Positions 1 through 13,027 of a stretch of DNA of 64,000 bases are shown here, in pieces. The DNA comes from Mobula hypostoma (Eukaryota). Position numbers and translations under genes: made by a program. Location of the stretch: contig NC_086097.1 in assembly GCF_963921235.1 (NCBI RefSeq), forward strand, positions 19,408,001-19,472,000, in the 5' to 3' direction. Position 1 is the stretch's first letter, and every line of letters begins with the position of its first letter. The notes beneath the pieces were generated by a model. That model was given only the letters and a program-made list of their open reading frames with translations, did not search any database and was not told the DNA's origin.

Positions 1-772
1 AGAAGAAATGAAAGGGTTGACTATTTTCTAAATGGAGAGAAAATACTAAAAGCAAGGGTGCAAAGGGATTTGAGAGTCCTTGTGCAGGATTCCCTAAAGG
101 TTAATTTGCAAGTTGAATCTGTGGTGAGGAAGACAAATACAATGTTAGCATTCATTTCAAGAGTACTAAAATATAAAAGCAAAGGTGTAATGTTGAGATT
201 TTATAAAGCATTGGTGAGGCCTCACTTAGAGTACTGTGAGCAGTTTTGGGCCCCAGGATGTCTGAAACTGGAGAGGATTCAAAGGAGGTTCACGAAAATG
301 AATCCAGAATTGAATGGCTTGTGAAATGAAAAGCATCCGATAGCTCTAGTCCTGGATTCACTGGAATTCAGAAGAATGAGGGTGCCCTCATTGAAACCTA
401 TCAAATGGTGAAAGGCATTGATAGAGTGGGTGTGGAGAGGATGTTTCCTATGGCGGTAGAGTCTAAGATCAAAGGACACAGCCTCAGAATAGAGGGGTGT
501 CCTTTTAGAAAGGAGATGAGGAGATATTTCTTTAGACAGAGAGTGGTGAATCTGTGGCATTCTTTGTCCCAAGCAGCTGTGGAGGCCAAGTCTTTTTGTA
601 TAGTTAAGGCAGAGATTAATTGATTTTTGACCAGGCCATGAAGCAATATGGGGAGAAGGCAGGAATTGGGGTTGAGAAGAAAATTGGATCAGCCATGATG
701 AAATGGCAGAGCAGAATCGATGGGCCAAATGGCCTAATTCTGCTCCTATATCTTGTGGTCTTATTATGGACA
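1..772 (+). mobile_element. CR1-clade LINE, 3' fragment (C-terminal ORF2 + 3'UTR), degenerate
   Basis: ORF 58-324 has QRDLRV...LVRPHLEYC...LERIQRRFTKM; ORF 405-623 has RRYFFRQRVVNLWHSL; CR1-type 3'UTR ends ctgctcctatatcttgtggtctt. Confidence 0.93.
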
Positions 773-994
773 GTTCTGGTCTCATCACTGAAGAAAGGCT
801 AAACTTGCAATTGAGGGAGTGCTTTATTCCACCATTATAAGACTTCTGAATGGATCTCTTGTGCGATAAGATGGGTTCACGACCTCACGATATTTTTGTT
901 ATGGACTTACACCTTATTGTCTACCTGCACTGCAGTTGTTCAATAAGTGTGACATTATATTCTGAATTCTGTTATTGTTTTTTCCTTGTACAAT

Positions 995-1158
995 GACATC
1001 TTCCTCCTTCCTTTCCAGTCCTGATAAAGGGTCTTGACCTGAAACATCGACTGCATATTCATTTCCATGGATGACGTCAGACCTGCTGAGTTCCTCCAAC
1101 ATTTTGGGTGTGCTTTTGCTCTGGATATCCAGCATCTGCAGAATCTCTTGTGTTTATG
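995..1158 (+). mobile_element. Penelope-derived repeat carrying a degenerate hammerhead ribozyme motif (1016-1053)
   Basis: cagtc CTGATAA agggtcttgacct GAAAC ATC gactg, followed by the family tail gacctgctgagttcctccaacattttg...; the core is mutated (CTGATAA, ATC). Confidence 0.75.
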
Positions 1159-1811
1159 GTTTACGTTTCATCAACAGATGCTCAAGTTCAGACACCTTTC
1201 TGATTTGCCACTAATGTGGATGGCCTACATTATTACTCTATCAGCAGTGTATTTTCCCACTTACTCTGTCTGTCCAAATCACACTGGAGACTCTCTACAT
1301 CCTCCACATGGTCCCAATTCCATACAGCTTTATGCAAATAACACACTTGATTCCCTCTCCTAGACATTAATGTATATTGTGAAATACTGAACCTTGTCTC
1401 CACTACCCAATAAACACATTTACCGCACAGAAAAGGACCAATTTATTCTTCCTGTCTTTTATGTCTGCCGACTTTAATTCTATGTACTTCAGTTTTATAT
1501 ACCAAGCTCTTTCTGTGGAAGTTTGTTGAAAGTCTTCAGAAAATGCCACCCACTCGGCAAGTTATATGCTGAAAAACTTGTAGTAAGTTTGATATTGAAT
1601 AATTATAGTAAGTTTGTATAAAGATAGAGTGGACATGGAGAGGAGGTTTCCGATAGTGGGAGATTCTAGGACCAGAGGGCACAACCTCAGAATACAGGGG
1701 CTTCCATTTAGAACTGAGATGAGGAGGAATTTCTTTAGCCAGAAGGTGGTGAATCTGTGGAATTCATTGCCAAGACAGCTGTGAAGTATATTTAAAGTGA
1801 AGTTTGATAGG

Positions 1812-2760
1812 CAGTATGTTAGCGTAGTGGTTAGCACAATGTTTCACTGACCTGGGTTCAATTTCTATCACTGCCTGTAAAGAGCTTGTACATGTAGCCC
1901 CCCCTGCTCAGCCTCAGGGTCGCCCAGCTCGCTGTAGTCTAGGGAAACAGCCCTCGGCCCCGCCAGACTGGGGAATCAGTTGGTGTGGATGCAGTGTGAT
2001 GTACCTCACCCCACCCAAATGACAGACAATACACCAGATACGATTAAATGATTTACAGTTTATAGATATTACTGGAACTATATAATTAATAGAGAATAAA
2101 ATTTCAAAGGAAATTAAAAGGCACCACACTTATCAAAGTTCAATCTCTTCGTGCACAAACAGTTGGAGCTCAGAGCCCTTCTTTTTCACCCTGCGACCCC
2201 TCGGATCACCTCGACCGGCCGCCTGGGACCAACAACAGTGGTCGACCAGACGCTCCACATGAGTCCGTCTCTGTCTCCTCTCCTCACCGAATGCCCCGCT
2301 CGGGGTCCGACCCCGTTAATGGACTCACAGCACCTGGTCCATCCTCTGTCTCTCTCTCCCGCCTTCTGCCCCAAAACCCCACGCATACAATATCTTACAG
2401 ACATACCACAAGCATAACAACTAACCCAATTGGTTCATTCATCCTCTTATCAATAGATAATCCAAAACAAACGGCTAGCGGGAGGACTTTCTCAGCAGTT
2501 AACATAACAAAGAAGCCCTTTCAATTATAACATAACAAAGAAGCCATTTTAAGTAGACTACGCAGTGACATAAAAAAAAGAAACCCCTTACATACATTTT
2601 CCCTGTGACCATGTGGGTTTCCTCTGGGTTTCCCAGTCTCCTCACACAGTCCAATGCTGTACTGGTTGGTAGGTTAATTGCCCAGTGACTGGGCTAGGAT
2701 TAAATTGGAGGATTGCTAGATGGCGTGGCTCAAAAGGCCGAAAGTGCTTGTTCCTCATTT
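1812..2760 (+). mobile_element. V-SINE/HE1-like tRNA-derived SINE split by a solo LTR
   Basis: A-box-like tagcgtagtgg and B-box-like gggttcaattt at about 1820-1864; the core ccctgtgaccatgtgggtttcctctggg resumes at about 2600 after the insertion. Confidence 0.75.
1893..2592. mobile_element. Solo LTR (700 bp; Gypsy- or ERV-type)
   Basis: Termini TGTA...TACA; 4-bp target duplication taca (1889-1892 / 2593-2596); it interrupts a SINE cleanly; no coding region. Confidence 0.8.
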
Positions 2761-4029
2761 TAAAAAAAGTAAAAGCTTCTTGATTAGTCAGGGCATCAAA
2801 GGTTATGGGGAAAAGGCAGGAGAATGAGGTTGAGCAGGATATGATGGAATGGCAGAACAGACCAAATGGCCTAATTTTGCTCCTCTGTCTTATGGTCTCA
2901 TAATGGAAAATGTCTAGCAAGGTGTCTAGTATTTTTTGGACTGCATCTCAAGTGCGTGGGAATGTAGGCTATTGGGCCCTAGTTATGTATTAGCCTTTGC
3001 CCATTAATTCCCATCCTAATACCACTTTTCTTCAGTTCCTCCATCTCACTGGACCATGGGATCTCTAACATTTCTATGAAGTCAGGCTTCCTTTATGAAA
3101 ATAGAAACCAAGTTATTTGTTCAACTGCCCACCATTTCTGTGCTCCTCATTCTAAATTCCCCCTGTTGCTCAGTGTGAGCAGTCTACATTTATCTACACC
3201 AATCTCTTTCCCTTCACATATCTACCGAAGCTTTTATGTTCTCTGCAAGCTTATTCTCATATTCTACTTTCCTCATCCTAATAAATTCCTTGGTCTTCTA
3301 AGCTGTTCCCAGTCCTCGGTTTCCTGTGTTATGCATGCACAGAGAAGGAAATGACAACATAGTAGCATTAAATGTTTTTACTGAGTTATGTATATGCTGG
3401 GTAATTTACTGTCCGGGTGCAACGAACCATGCCCGCTGATATGAAAACATGTGCACATGTGCAAGCCCAGGCAAAAAGAGAGGAACTTCCGCTCATATGA
3501 AGTCCAAACTACTCATAACAGGATCAAATGGCCACATGCGCTTTGGCAACATTCTCACAATCAATCCATTACAGTTCAATCTGATTTATCACCAGTAATA
3601 ATATCACACAAACCATTTTCTCCCATCATCTCCCCAATAAAATTATGCCATCATTATAATATCACACACAGCATCAGCACGTTAATTTCAAAATCACAAT
3701 TATATTGCAATCATTGCTGGTATCATAAACAACACCATCACATTAATATCAGATGGCCATATTAATATCACACTTCACTGCAAGTTAATACGATCATCCC
3801 ATTAATATTTCATCATCTCATTAATACCTCATCATTGATACATGAATATTTCACAAATCATCCTTGTTCTAACACAGAATGAGACAGATGTGGGAACAGA
3901 CACAAATACAGGTGCACAAATACAGAACTCATAGATAAAAGTACACTGGGATAAAACACAAGGAAAAAACCTGTCAAGAGGGTCCCCAGAGACCCCCTCT
4001 CAACCTGTTTGTTGCATTTACTAGGAGCA

Positions 4030-4425
4030 TTGCAGATGAAGGGCTCAAAGCATTGTTGAGGATCCCAACCACCCATCTCACAGTCTCTTTGACCCACTAC
4101 CATCAGGAAGGAGGTACAGGAGCATCAGGACTAGGACTGCCAGACTGAGTAACAGCTTCTTCCCTCAGGCTGTGAGACTAATGAATATCCCGCCACCACT
4201 GAGGTTTGTCACCAGGACAACAAGCTGTTAACTATTTAATGTTTACCTGTGCTGCACACTACATGCATTTGAATTATATTTCATTGACATATTTGTGTTA
4301 ATATTTTGTCTTACATGCTTTGTATGATATATGACTTGTGGGTGCACCATGGACTGGAGGAACATTGTTTCATTTAGTTGTATATATGTACAGTCAGATG
4401 ACAATAAACTTGAACTTGAACTTGA
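4030..4425 (+). mobile_element. Rex1/Babar-like LINE 3' end
   Basis: ccatcaggaaggaggtacaggagcatcaggactaggact...agcttcttccctcaggctgtgagact is the ORF end shared with 18905-19520; aataaa followed by a (cttgaa)n tail. Confidence 0.7.
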
Positions 4426-5510
4426 GCTTAAAAGGCTTACAAACACTGAGCAAACACTGACCCTGGTGAAGCAACATAGACATTAGCAAGCTGTATTTCT
4501 GTAGTGTCCTTAATGCAGTAAATGCACCCCAAGGACCATTATGAGACAATGGTAGGACAGGTAACTAAAGCTGATTCTGGGCGGCAGGGTATCATGGCTG
4601 CTATAATCACAACCCCACAGCACCAGAGACCCAGGCTCAATCTTGACCTTGGGTGCAGTCTGTATTTGCACATTCTCCCTGTCACCGTGTGGGTTTCCTC
4701 TGGGTGCTGGTGGGTCTCAGCCCAAGATTAACCTTAACCTTCAAATGCTTTGAAGCTTTGGACAATACCTCACTTTTATTTTAATATACAGTATTTCTCT
4801 GTTTGCACATTTTTTAAATAATCTATTTTAATTTACTTGTTTATTTATTATGTTTTATTTTCTTTATTATTTTCCGCTCCCTCTGCTAGATTATGTATTG
4901 CATTGTACTGCTGCTGCAAAGTTAACTAATTTCACGTCACATGCCGGTGATAATAAACCTGATTCTGATTCTGATCCTGAAGATGTCAACTGTTCAATCC
5001 GCAGATGCTGCCTCACCAGCTGAGTTCCTTCAGTGCTTTGTGTGTGTTCCTCTGGATTTCCAACATCGGCAGGATCTCTTGTGTTTATTCCTCTGGGGTC
5101 TCTGGTTTCCTCCCACGTCCCAAACACACGCAAGTTGCTGGGTTAATTGGCTGCCGTGAATTGCCCCCAATGTGTAGGTTTGAGTAAGATCTGGTGGAGG
5201 GGGCATTAGAAGGAGAATTCTATAAATGGGTGGTTTATGACTGGCATGGCCTCAGTGGGCCAAAGTGGGTCTGTTTCCCTGGCGACGACAATGACTCCAA
5301 TCATACACTTCAGGAAGGGGGAGTGGAGGAGTGGTGCCATGCACTTGCTCTATCTACATCAACAATGTTAAGGTTAAGAACTTTAAGTTCCTAAGAGCGA
5401 CTATCACCAATAACCTGTCTTGGTCCAACCACTTTAATGCCTGACTAAGAAAGTTCATCAATGCTTCTACTTCCTCAGGAGGCTAAAGAAACTTGGCATG
5501 TCCCTAGTCA

Positions 5511-6552
5511 CTTCCAGTCAAGATGGCACCAGCAAATAGCAATTCCTCAGGTGACATCTTTCAGATAGCCAATCTCTTCAATTATTTCACTTTTTCTGTT
5601 TGTTATTTCACACCTTCTGCTTGTTCATTTTGCCTTGATTGTGTTCGAGAAATTTTTGGAGCCTGTGACGTGCAGTTTGGAGGTCATCAAATGACCAAGC
5701 ACTCTGCTATCCCCAGAGAGAACCGCAAGCTGCCTTGTAGAGAAGACCAGAGACAGGGCACGGGGTCATGATCAGCTCCGTTTTGAAACATTAAGAAAGA
5801 CTGAATGAAGCAGAGGTCAGCGGCCACTCTCCATGGAGACCCTGGGTCAACACGGGGGTAGCTGGATCGGTGGTGGTCAGAAAGCGACAGGTTGGCAGCG
5901 TTCGGAAGGCTGCAGGTCGGGGTTATGGCAATCACTCTTCACAGAAGGACTGAGTTCCATTCTGAAGGGAGAATGTTTTTGAAATTCTAAGATTTATGTG
6001 ACTATTGGACTGTGGTTTATACTGCACTCCTTCAGTTTTCTGTGCTTTCTTTCTTGATGCTGATTGGCAGGTTGGGTTCCGGGGGGTGATACGTTAGTTT
6101 TTGTGAGAAGAACGGGTTGGAGATTTGGGGTCTGATGTTCTTGTTTGGTTATCTGCGTGGGTGATCTGCTTGTTTTTGTGTGTGAGAGAGGGGGTTGGGG
6201 GGCTTGATACTATTGTCACTGCTCTTTTCTGCGAGGGAGGTGCCTTGGGGGTTTGATGTTATTATCACTTTTTTTTGAACGAGGGAGGGGATTGGGGTTT
6301 GGGGTTTGATGTTCCAGCCGCTGTTATCCGTGTGTGCAATCTGTTAGCTTTTCTGTGAGGGAGGGGTGAGGGTTTGGTGTATACGAATTTTGTTTCTTTT
6401 TTCCTTTTCGTGCGGGAGGGGTTTGATGTCTTTTCCTTCAACAAACACGGGTTTTTTTCTGTATTTTGTGGCTATCTGGAGAAGACAAATATCAGAGTTG
6501 TATTGTACATGCAAACTTTGACAATAAAATGAACCTTTGAACCTCTGAACCT
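5511..6552 (+). mobile_element. Non-autonomous retroelement (5' aagatggc start; Rex1-like tgaac tail)
   Basis: Starts cttccagtcaagatggcacc; ends gaagacaaatatcagagttgtattgtacatgc...aataaaatgaacctttgaacctctgaacc; both ends match the minus-strand copy at about 47672-48465. Confidence 0.6.
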
Positions 6553-7644
6553 TCTGCCACTTTAGCAATTTTTATTGTTGCACCTGTTGCAATCGGTTGT
6601 TTTTTTTTGTACTTTTATAAGATGTCAGTTAAATTAATGCAATTCTAAAATAATAGTTTTACTGACATAATTTGTATTTGTAACAATTTGATGTTGTTAA
6701 CACACTTTTATTTTTCACAGTGTAGTGATTCATCTCCACTTACTGGCAGAAGGCAGTACAGCAGTTCCATAGACTTTTTCATTATTCATTGGCTTAGTGT
6801 CCGCACATTACCCACGTGCTATGATTGTGTAATTTTTGATTGGTTTATTCTTATCTAAGGAATTTCTGTTATTTCAAGTATAAAGGTGATAAATTTTTCA
6901 AAGGTGTCATATTGAATCTATTGAATCTCTTGAATCTCTGCTTTGTTTTTCAGTTCCTCAATTAGTTTCAAAATGCTCTGTACATTTGTTTAAACTTTAA
7001 AATAAACAATCATGAAGAATCAATAAATCAAAGTTGCCCGCTCATTCCTGAACCCCTAAAAGATCCCAGAGATCAAAACTAACCGCGATCTGGCACACCA
7101 TGAGAGCATTCTATCTGCATACACAGTGGTTTGGTATGGCAACTGCCCTGCACGTGACCACAAGGAATGGCAGAGAGTTGTGGACACATCTCAGCATATC
7201 ATGGAAACCAGATTCCCTCTATAGATTCTGTCAACACTTCTTGCTGCCTCAATAAAGCGGCCTGCACAATCAAAGGCACCATTCACCCTAGACGTTCTCC
7301 CTTCTCCCTTCCCATCAGTCAGAATATACAAAAGCCTGAAAGCATGTACCACCAAGCTCAAGGTCAACTTCTAACCTGCTGTTGTCAGACTCTCAAATGG
7401 ACCTCGTACAGTAAGATGGATATTTGACCTTACCTCATTATGATCTTGCACTTCATTATTTACCTGCATTGCACTTTCTCTGTAACCGTTATACTTCATT
7501 TAGTGTTGATAGTCTTTTACCATGCTCTACTTCAAAGCACTGTGTAATGATACAATCTATATGAACAGTATGCAAGAATAGCTTTTCACTGTATCTTGGT
7601 ACATGTGACAATAATAAGCTAATACTAATCATATTTTCTCATTA

Positions 7645-7935
7645 TATAGGAGACCGTTCAGCCCATTGAGTCTATGTTAGCTCTCAGAGCAATCTGATCT
7701 GTGCCATTTCCCACTTCCCTTATGACCCACCCTCACGCACATCCACATCGCTCCCCACCCACCCACACCAGGGTAATTTACAGCCCCCAATTAACCAGTT
7801 AGGATGTGGGAGGAGACCAGAACACACAGAAGGAATCAATGCAGGGGAAATGTACAAACTTCACATACACAGCACTGGAGACCAGTATCAAAACCAGATC
7901 ACTGGAGTTACGAGGCAGCAGCACTACCTGATGGT
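7645..7935 (-). mobile_element. V-SINE-like SINE fragment
   Basis: Reverse complement of the SINE core (ggatgtgggaggagaccag...ggggaaatgtacaaact), similar to 16320-16580. Confidence 0.6.
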
Positions 7936-8419
7936 GGCATGAAGGCTGAATTATTTTATTCTTTATCGATGGAATATGAATCAGTGGCATATCATGGCAT
8001 TTGTATCCAAAGCTTCTTTCACACCGCCCCGCCAAGCTCAGGCAGCAGTTAAGAATCAATCATGTCCGCAGACCTGATAACGATGGCAGAGTTCCATGCC
8101 TGAAGAATGTTAGTGAACCAGAAAGACTTTAACAACTATGCATTAAATGTGCTGTTCACCTTATTTAATCTGTTCAATTTGAATTCATGAGCTCATCGGG
8201 TGGGATTTGAACTTGATTCGCAAAGAAGCGGGACCTAGGGCCCACTGAGTACCACCCAGCCAGCACCCACTTTCACACCACACCTACCCTCAGCCATTTT
8301 ATGCTCCTCACATTGCCATCAACCCAACCTCCCCCACCCCCCAAGATTCTATCATTCTGCAGTGCCATAATGAACCCAGGCCACCAGACCAACGGCTGTG
8401 ACACTGAGCATGGCTACAC

Positions 8420-9830
8420 GTCGGAAGACAGAAACTTAGAAACAATGCTGTGCCGAGCATGTCCTTACCTTAGAAATTATCAAGGGTTACCCACAGCCCT
8501 CTATTTTTCTGATCTCCATGTGCCTGCCCAGGAGTCTCTAAAAAGACCCTATCGTATCCGCCTCCACCACCATCAACAGCAGCCCATTCCACGCACTCAC
8601 CACTCTCCATGTAAAAACCTTACCCCAGACCTCTGTACCTTCTTCCAAGCACCTTAAAGCTGTGCTCTCTCGTGCTAGCCATTTCAGCCTTGGGAAAAAG
8701 CCTCTGACTATCCACACGATCAATGACTCTCATCATCTTATACATCTGTATCGGGTCACCTCTCATCCTCCGTCGCTCCAAGGAAAAAAGGCTGAATTCA
8801 CTTAACCTATTCTCATAAGGCATGCTCCCCAATCCAGGCAACATCCTTGTAAATCTCCTCTGCACCCTTTCTATGGTTTCCACATCCTTCCTGTAGTGAG
8901 GCAACCAGAACTGAGCATAGTACTCCAAGTGAGGTCTGACCGGTGTCCTATATAGCTGCAACATTACCTCTCAGCTCTTAAACTCAACCTCACAATTGAT
9001 GAAGGCTTTCTTAACCACAGAGTCAACCTGTGCAGCAACTTTGAATGTCCCATGGACTTGGACCCCAAGATCCCTCTGATCCTCCGCACTGCAAAGAGTC
9101 TTACTACTAATACTATATTCTGTCACTATATCTGATTTACCAAAATGAACCACCTCACACTTATCTGGGTTGAACTCCAACTGCCACTTCTCAGCCCAGT
9201 TTTGCATCCTATCAATGTTCTACTGTAAACTCTGACAGTATCCACAACACCTTCAACCTTTGTGTCATCAGCAAATTTACTAACCCCTCCCACCATTTCT
9301 TCATTCAGGTGATTTATAAAAATCACGAAGAGTAGGGGTCCCAGAACAGATCCCTGAGGTGACCGACCTCCATGAAAAATATGACCCATCTACAAACACT
9401 CTTTGCCTTCTGTGGGCAAGCAAGTTCTAGATCCACAAAGCAACGCCCCCTTGGATCCCATGCGTCCTTACTTTCTCAATAAGCCTTGCATGGGGTACCT
9501 TGTCAAATGCCATGCTGAAATCCATATATACTACATCTACTGCTCTACCTTCATCTATGTGTTTAGTCACATCCTCAGAAAATTCAGTCAGGCTCGTAAA
9601 GCAGAACCTGCCTTTGACAAAGTCATGCTGACTATTCCTAATCATATTATGCCTCTACAAATATTCATAGATCTTGCCTCTCAGGATCTTTTCCATCAAC
9701 TTACCGACCACTGACGTAAGACTCATTGGTCTATAATTTCCTGGGCTATCTCTACTCTCTTTCTTGAATAATGGAACAACATCTACAGCCTTCCAATCCT
9801 CCAGAACCTCTTCCATCCAGGGCAGTGATT
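8420..9830 (-). mobile_element. CR1 LINE, RT domain to 3' end, frameshifted
   Basis: Minus ORFs contain SQHDFVKGR, VDVVYMDFSMAFDKVPH, PQGSVLGPLLF, KFADDTK, VRPHLEY. Confidence 0.95.
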
Positions 9831-10019
9831 TATATCATTGTACCTTGACCAAGGGTCTTTCTTAAAGGCAGAAGAATGAATTTTAATGCAATTAAATTTA
9901 AAAACAGTTAAGGAACTGATTCTATAATCCAAAGGCTGATTGTTCTGGGGTAGGGCACAGCAACAGGAAGGGCCTGTCAAACAAAGGCAAGAACTTTGAA
10001 GCTGTATCATTGCTTGATA

Positions 10020-10370
10020 AGATCATAAGACATAGGAGCAGAATTTAGGCATTTGGCCCATCAAGTCTGCTCGATCACTCCATCACATCTGATTTGTTGT
10101 CCCTCTCAATCTCATTCTCCTGCCTTTTCCCCGTGTCCTTTGAAGCTCGTACTAATCAAGAACCTATGAACCTCCGCTTTAAATATACCCAATGACTTGG
10201 CCTCCTCAGTTGCCTTTGGCAATGAGTTCCACAGATTCACCACTCTCTGGCTAAAGAAATTCCTCCTTATCTCTGTTCTAAAGGGATGCCCATGTATTCT
10301 AAGGCTGTGTCCTCTGGTCCTAGACTCCCCCACTATAAAAAACATGGATAGGTTTCAATGAGATCCCCCT
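10020..10370 (-). mobile_element. CR1 LINE 3' fragment
   Basis: ORF 10112-10345 TRGHSLRI...NFFSQRVVNLWNSLP; cataagacatagg tail. Confidence 0.9.
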
Positions 10371-10428
10371 AATTAAGAGCCACTGTAAGTGACTGAACTC
10401 AAGATGAAGTGTGAGATAGAGGGTGGTG

Positions 10429-11420
10429 CTGTGACTGTCAACGAAAGCCACCAGAGAGACCTGATACTGGTAGCATAATAGTCTTTATTTGACACACACA
10501 AGCTGATAGCCTTTGGAGTCACTCTGGATAGAGGCTCCCTGCCCCAATGTTACATCACATTTTTATATGTTAAAAAGCAAAGGTAACAATGGGACAATTT
10601 CTATAGTTACACTGCATTCATAATGCTTCTTTTGAGTTACATATAATTTTCAAATACCTAGGTCTTTGTACAAACACACACAAAATGAGTGTTAATCACT
10701 GCTGTGTCAGACTGCATTCATGCACATGCAGACATCACAGGTGGTTAGGGCGTTTATTGCATTCATGTATATGGAGACACCTCAGGTCAATGGGGTGTTT
10801 ACTGTTCCGCAAACAACCCAAAATGCAGCTCCAGGAAGACCATTGTTCTGAGCTGCATTTAAATTCAATCTATGGTCCATATTCAGATCTGAAGACTGAC
10901 TGCTGTTGAATTTACTATTTGCTATATTCCATAACTCCAGACTATGGGGTGGAGCAGCAGAGTTTGGAGATTGCAAGGTTCAGAGCAGTTCATTCTAGAA
11001 GCAACAGAGGACAAGTCTGCAAATGAGCAGAGGCTGGACTCAAGTCAGGTGGAAGGGGTGTAGAAGCTGTTCCTGGATCACTGAGCCTTACACTTGTTGA
11101 CCCTTCATCAATGAAACTAGGTTAGGAAATTCTCTATGCAACTCGTAATTAATCAAAGCTCACACTTTATTGTCTCTGCACAAACAACAACATAACCTGA
11201 GTCAACAACTCAAACATGAACTCTGTTGTCCCTTCTGTACCAATACACACTGAGACCACGTTTCCAGTTGGTAACACCAAAATAGGGGATCCCCATCGGC
11301 CATACAATCGATCCTTCCTTCTCCCAGCCCCTGGCTTGGGGGTTCTTCCTCAAGATGGTGATTCTCCAGAGTTATTGCTGATAGCGCAATCGAAGTGACT
11401 GCTTTTACATTCATTTCTTA
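10429..11420 (-). mobile_element. Possible degenerate LTR-retrotransposon relic
   Basis: tgtgactgtca start, minus-strand aataaa near 10484, internal imperfect repeats (gcattcatgcacatgcagacatcacagg / gcattcatgtatatggagacacctcagg); no intact coding motif or TSD found. Confidence 0.3.
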
Positions 11421-12241
11421 TCAATTCAAATGTAGCATCCAACGTCATTGGCTATAGATCATGTGTCTGACCTTTAACATCATTTTATTGGCTCTGCTCC
11501 AGGCCAGCATCCATATACTGCCCTCTTCCCAGCAAGTGACAATTGGTAATTTATGGCTCTTTGTTCTCAATCAGCAACAAGCCCAAGTCACTCCAGGCAG
11601 GCACCAACCCCAACATTCACAAAGCTGCATATTATATTTAACCAAAGAACATCTCAAAAATATCTTTTTATTTGGAAATTATCTCTTGTCCTACAGATTA
11701 CCTGAAGCATCGCTGTGTCTTCTTTAAAACACTGAAAGCAAAGCAACTTCATCTCACAAAATAGAGGACGTAGAACAGTTCCACAAAATGGCAGCCTCCA
11801 TCTCCAAGCACATGACAGGAACAAAGATGGTTGATCTGCCTGCTTCCACTGTCCTTGACCCATTTGAATTCAGTGTTTCCTTCCATATTTCAAATCCGCC
11901 ATTGCCAACACGCTCAGTTTGACTCAAGTACAGGGGCAGGGTGAAAACATGATGCAACACATGGACAAAACCACACAAACAGGGTCCCACAGAAATGTGA
12001 ATCCTTGTCCATTTATCTCCCAGAGTCTTGGCTCCATCTATTGGTGCACACAATGGTACTGGCTGACAGTTGGACATCGAGAGCTGGTTCAGAAACCCAA
12101 ACAGTTCCAGAACCTCAGTGGGGACAGCTTCACAAGAGTCGTATCAGTCACTCCATTCACACTGTATGTCAGCAGCATTGTGTTCTGCCCCTGAAACTCC
12201 CAGACAAGACAAGAATGTGTACAAGAATATGTGTGCACATG

Positions 12242-12246
<5 letters not shown>

Positions 12247-12283
<37 letters not shown>
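12247..12283. repeat. (CA)n microsatellite
   Basis: Uninterrupted CA run. Confidence 0.97.
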
Positions 12284-12291
<8 letters not shown>

Positions 12292-13027
12292 TTACATGCA
12301 CTGGTACTTACATATTTGTAGAGGGAAAGACACAAAGACACTCTGCTGTGACTTAGTCAGCACCAATTAAATCGGCAGCCAATAGATTTTCTGCACCATT
12401 GAGACAGATGTCTGAGGTGAATGAAGATGAAGGTTTGCCTTGAGATTATACTGTGATCTCTGCTAAGGAGAAGGAGAAGGAGCTTTGGAGCTGAAATTCC
12501 ACAGTAATCACTGCAGGTGAAGCAAGTGTTTGTTTCGTTTTATGAGAATTCATGATTTCAGTCAGAGACGGACAAGATGAGCTGGTACACTGGCAGAGGC
12601 TGAGGTATGACGAGCTCACAGGTCAACTTAGAACAGAAGTGATCACAGCCCAGCTTGTGAATAAGCTTGAGTTCTCCTTCCTGGAACTGCCCGCCTTAAG
12701 GCAATTCTGTGGATTGAAGATAAAAGTGGGTTAGCATAATTACCAGAACCCTCTCCCCATTATCCCAGCAAATGTACTGGTCACACTACCATGCAATCAC
12801 CACTGGTGAAGCTTTAACTTCACTGAAACAGCAGTGATGTGTGACATTCTTTTCTTATCTACTCCATGGATACAGTTTTACTGGCTCCAGATTCCATTCC
12901 CTTCAACCATTAGCTCACTGACAACTATTGACTCGCAATCACCAGCATCTCAACTTTAAACCTTATCATATCCCATTGCCGTATCCCAAGCTCCATCAGT
13001 AATCTTCTCCAGCCATACAGAGCTCTG

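Noticed and set aside
12005..12370. ORFs with THTHTH/CVCVCV runs
   Set aside because: Translation of the (CA)n microsatellite.
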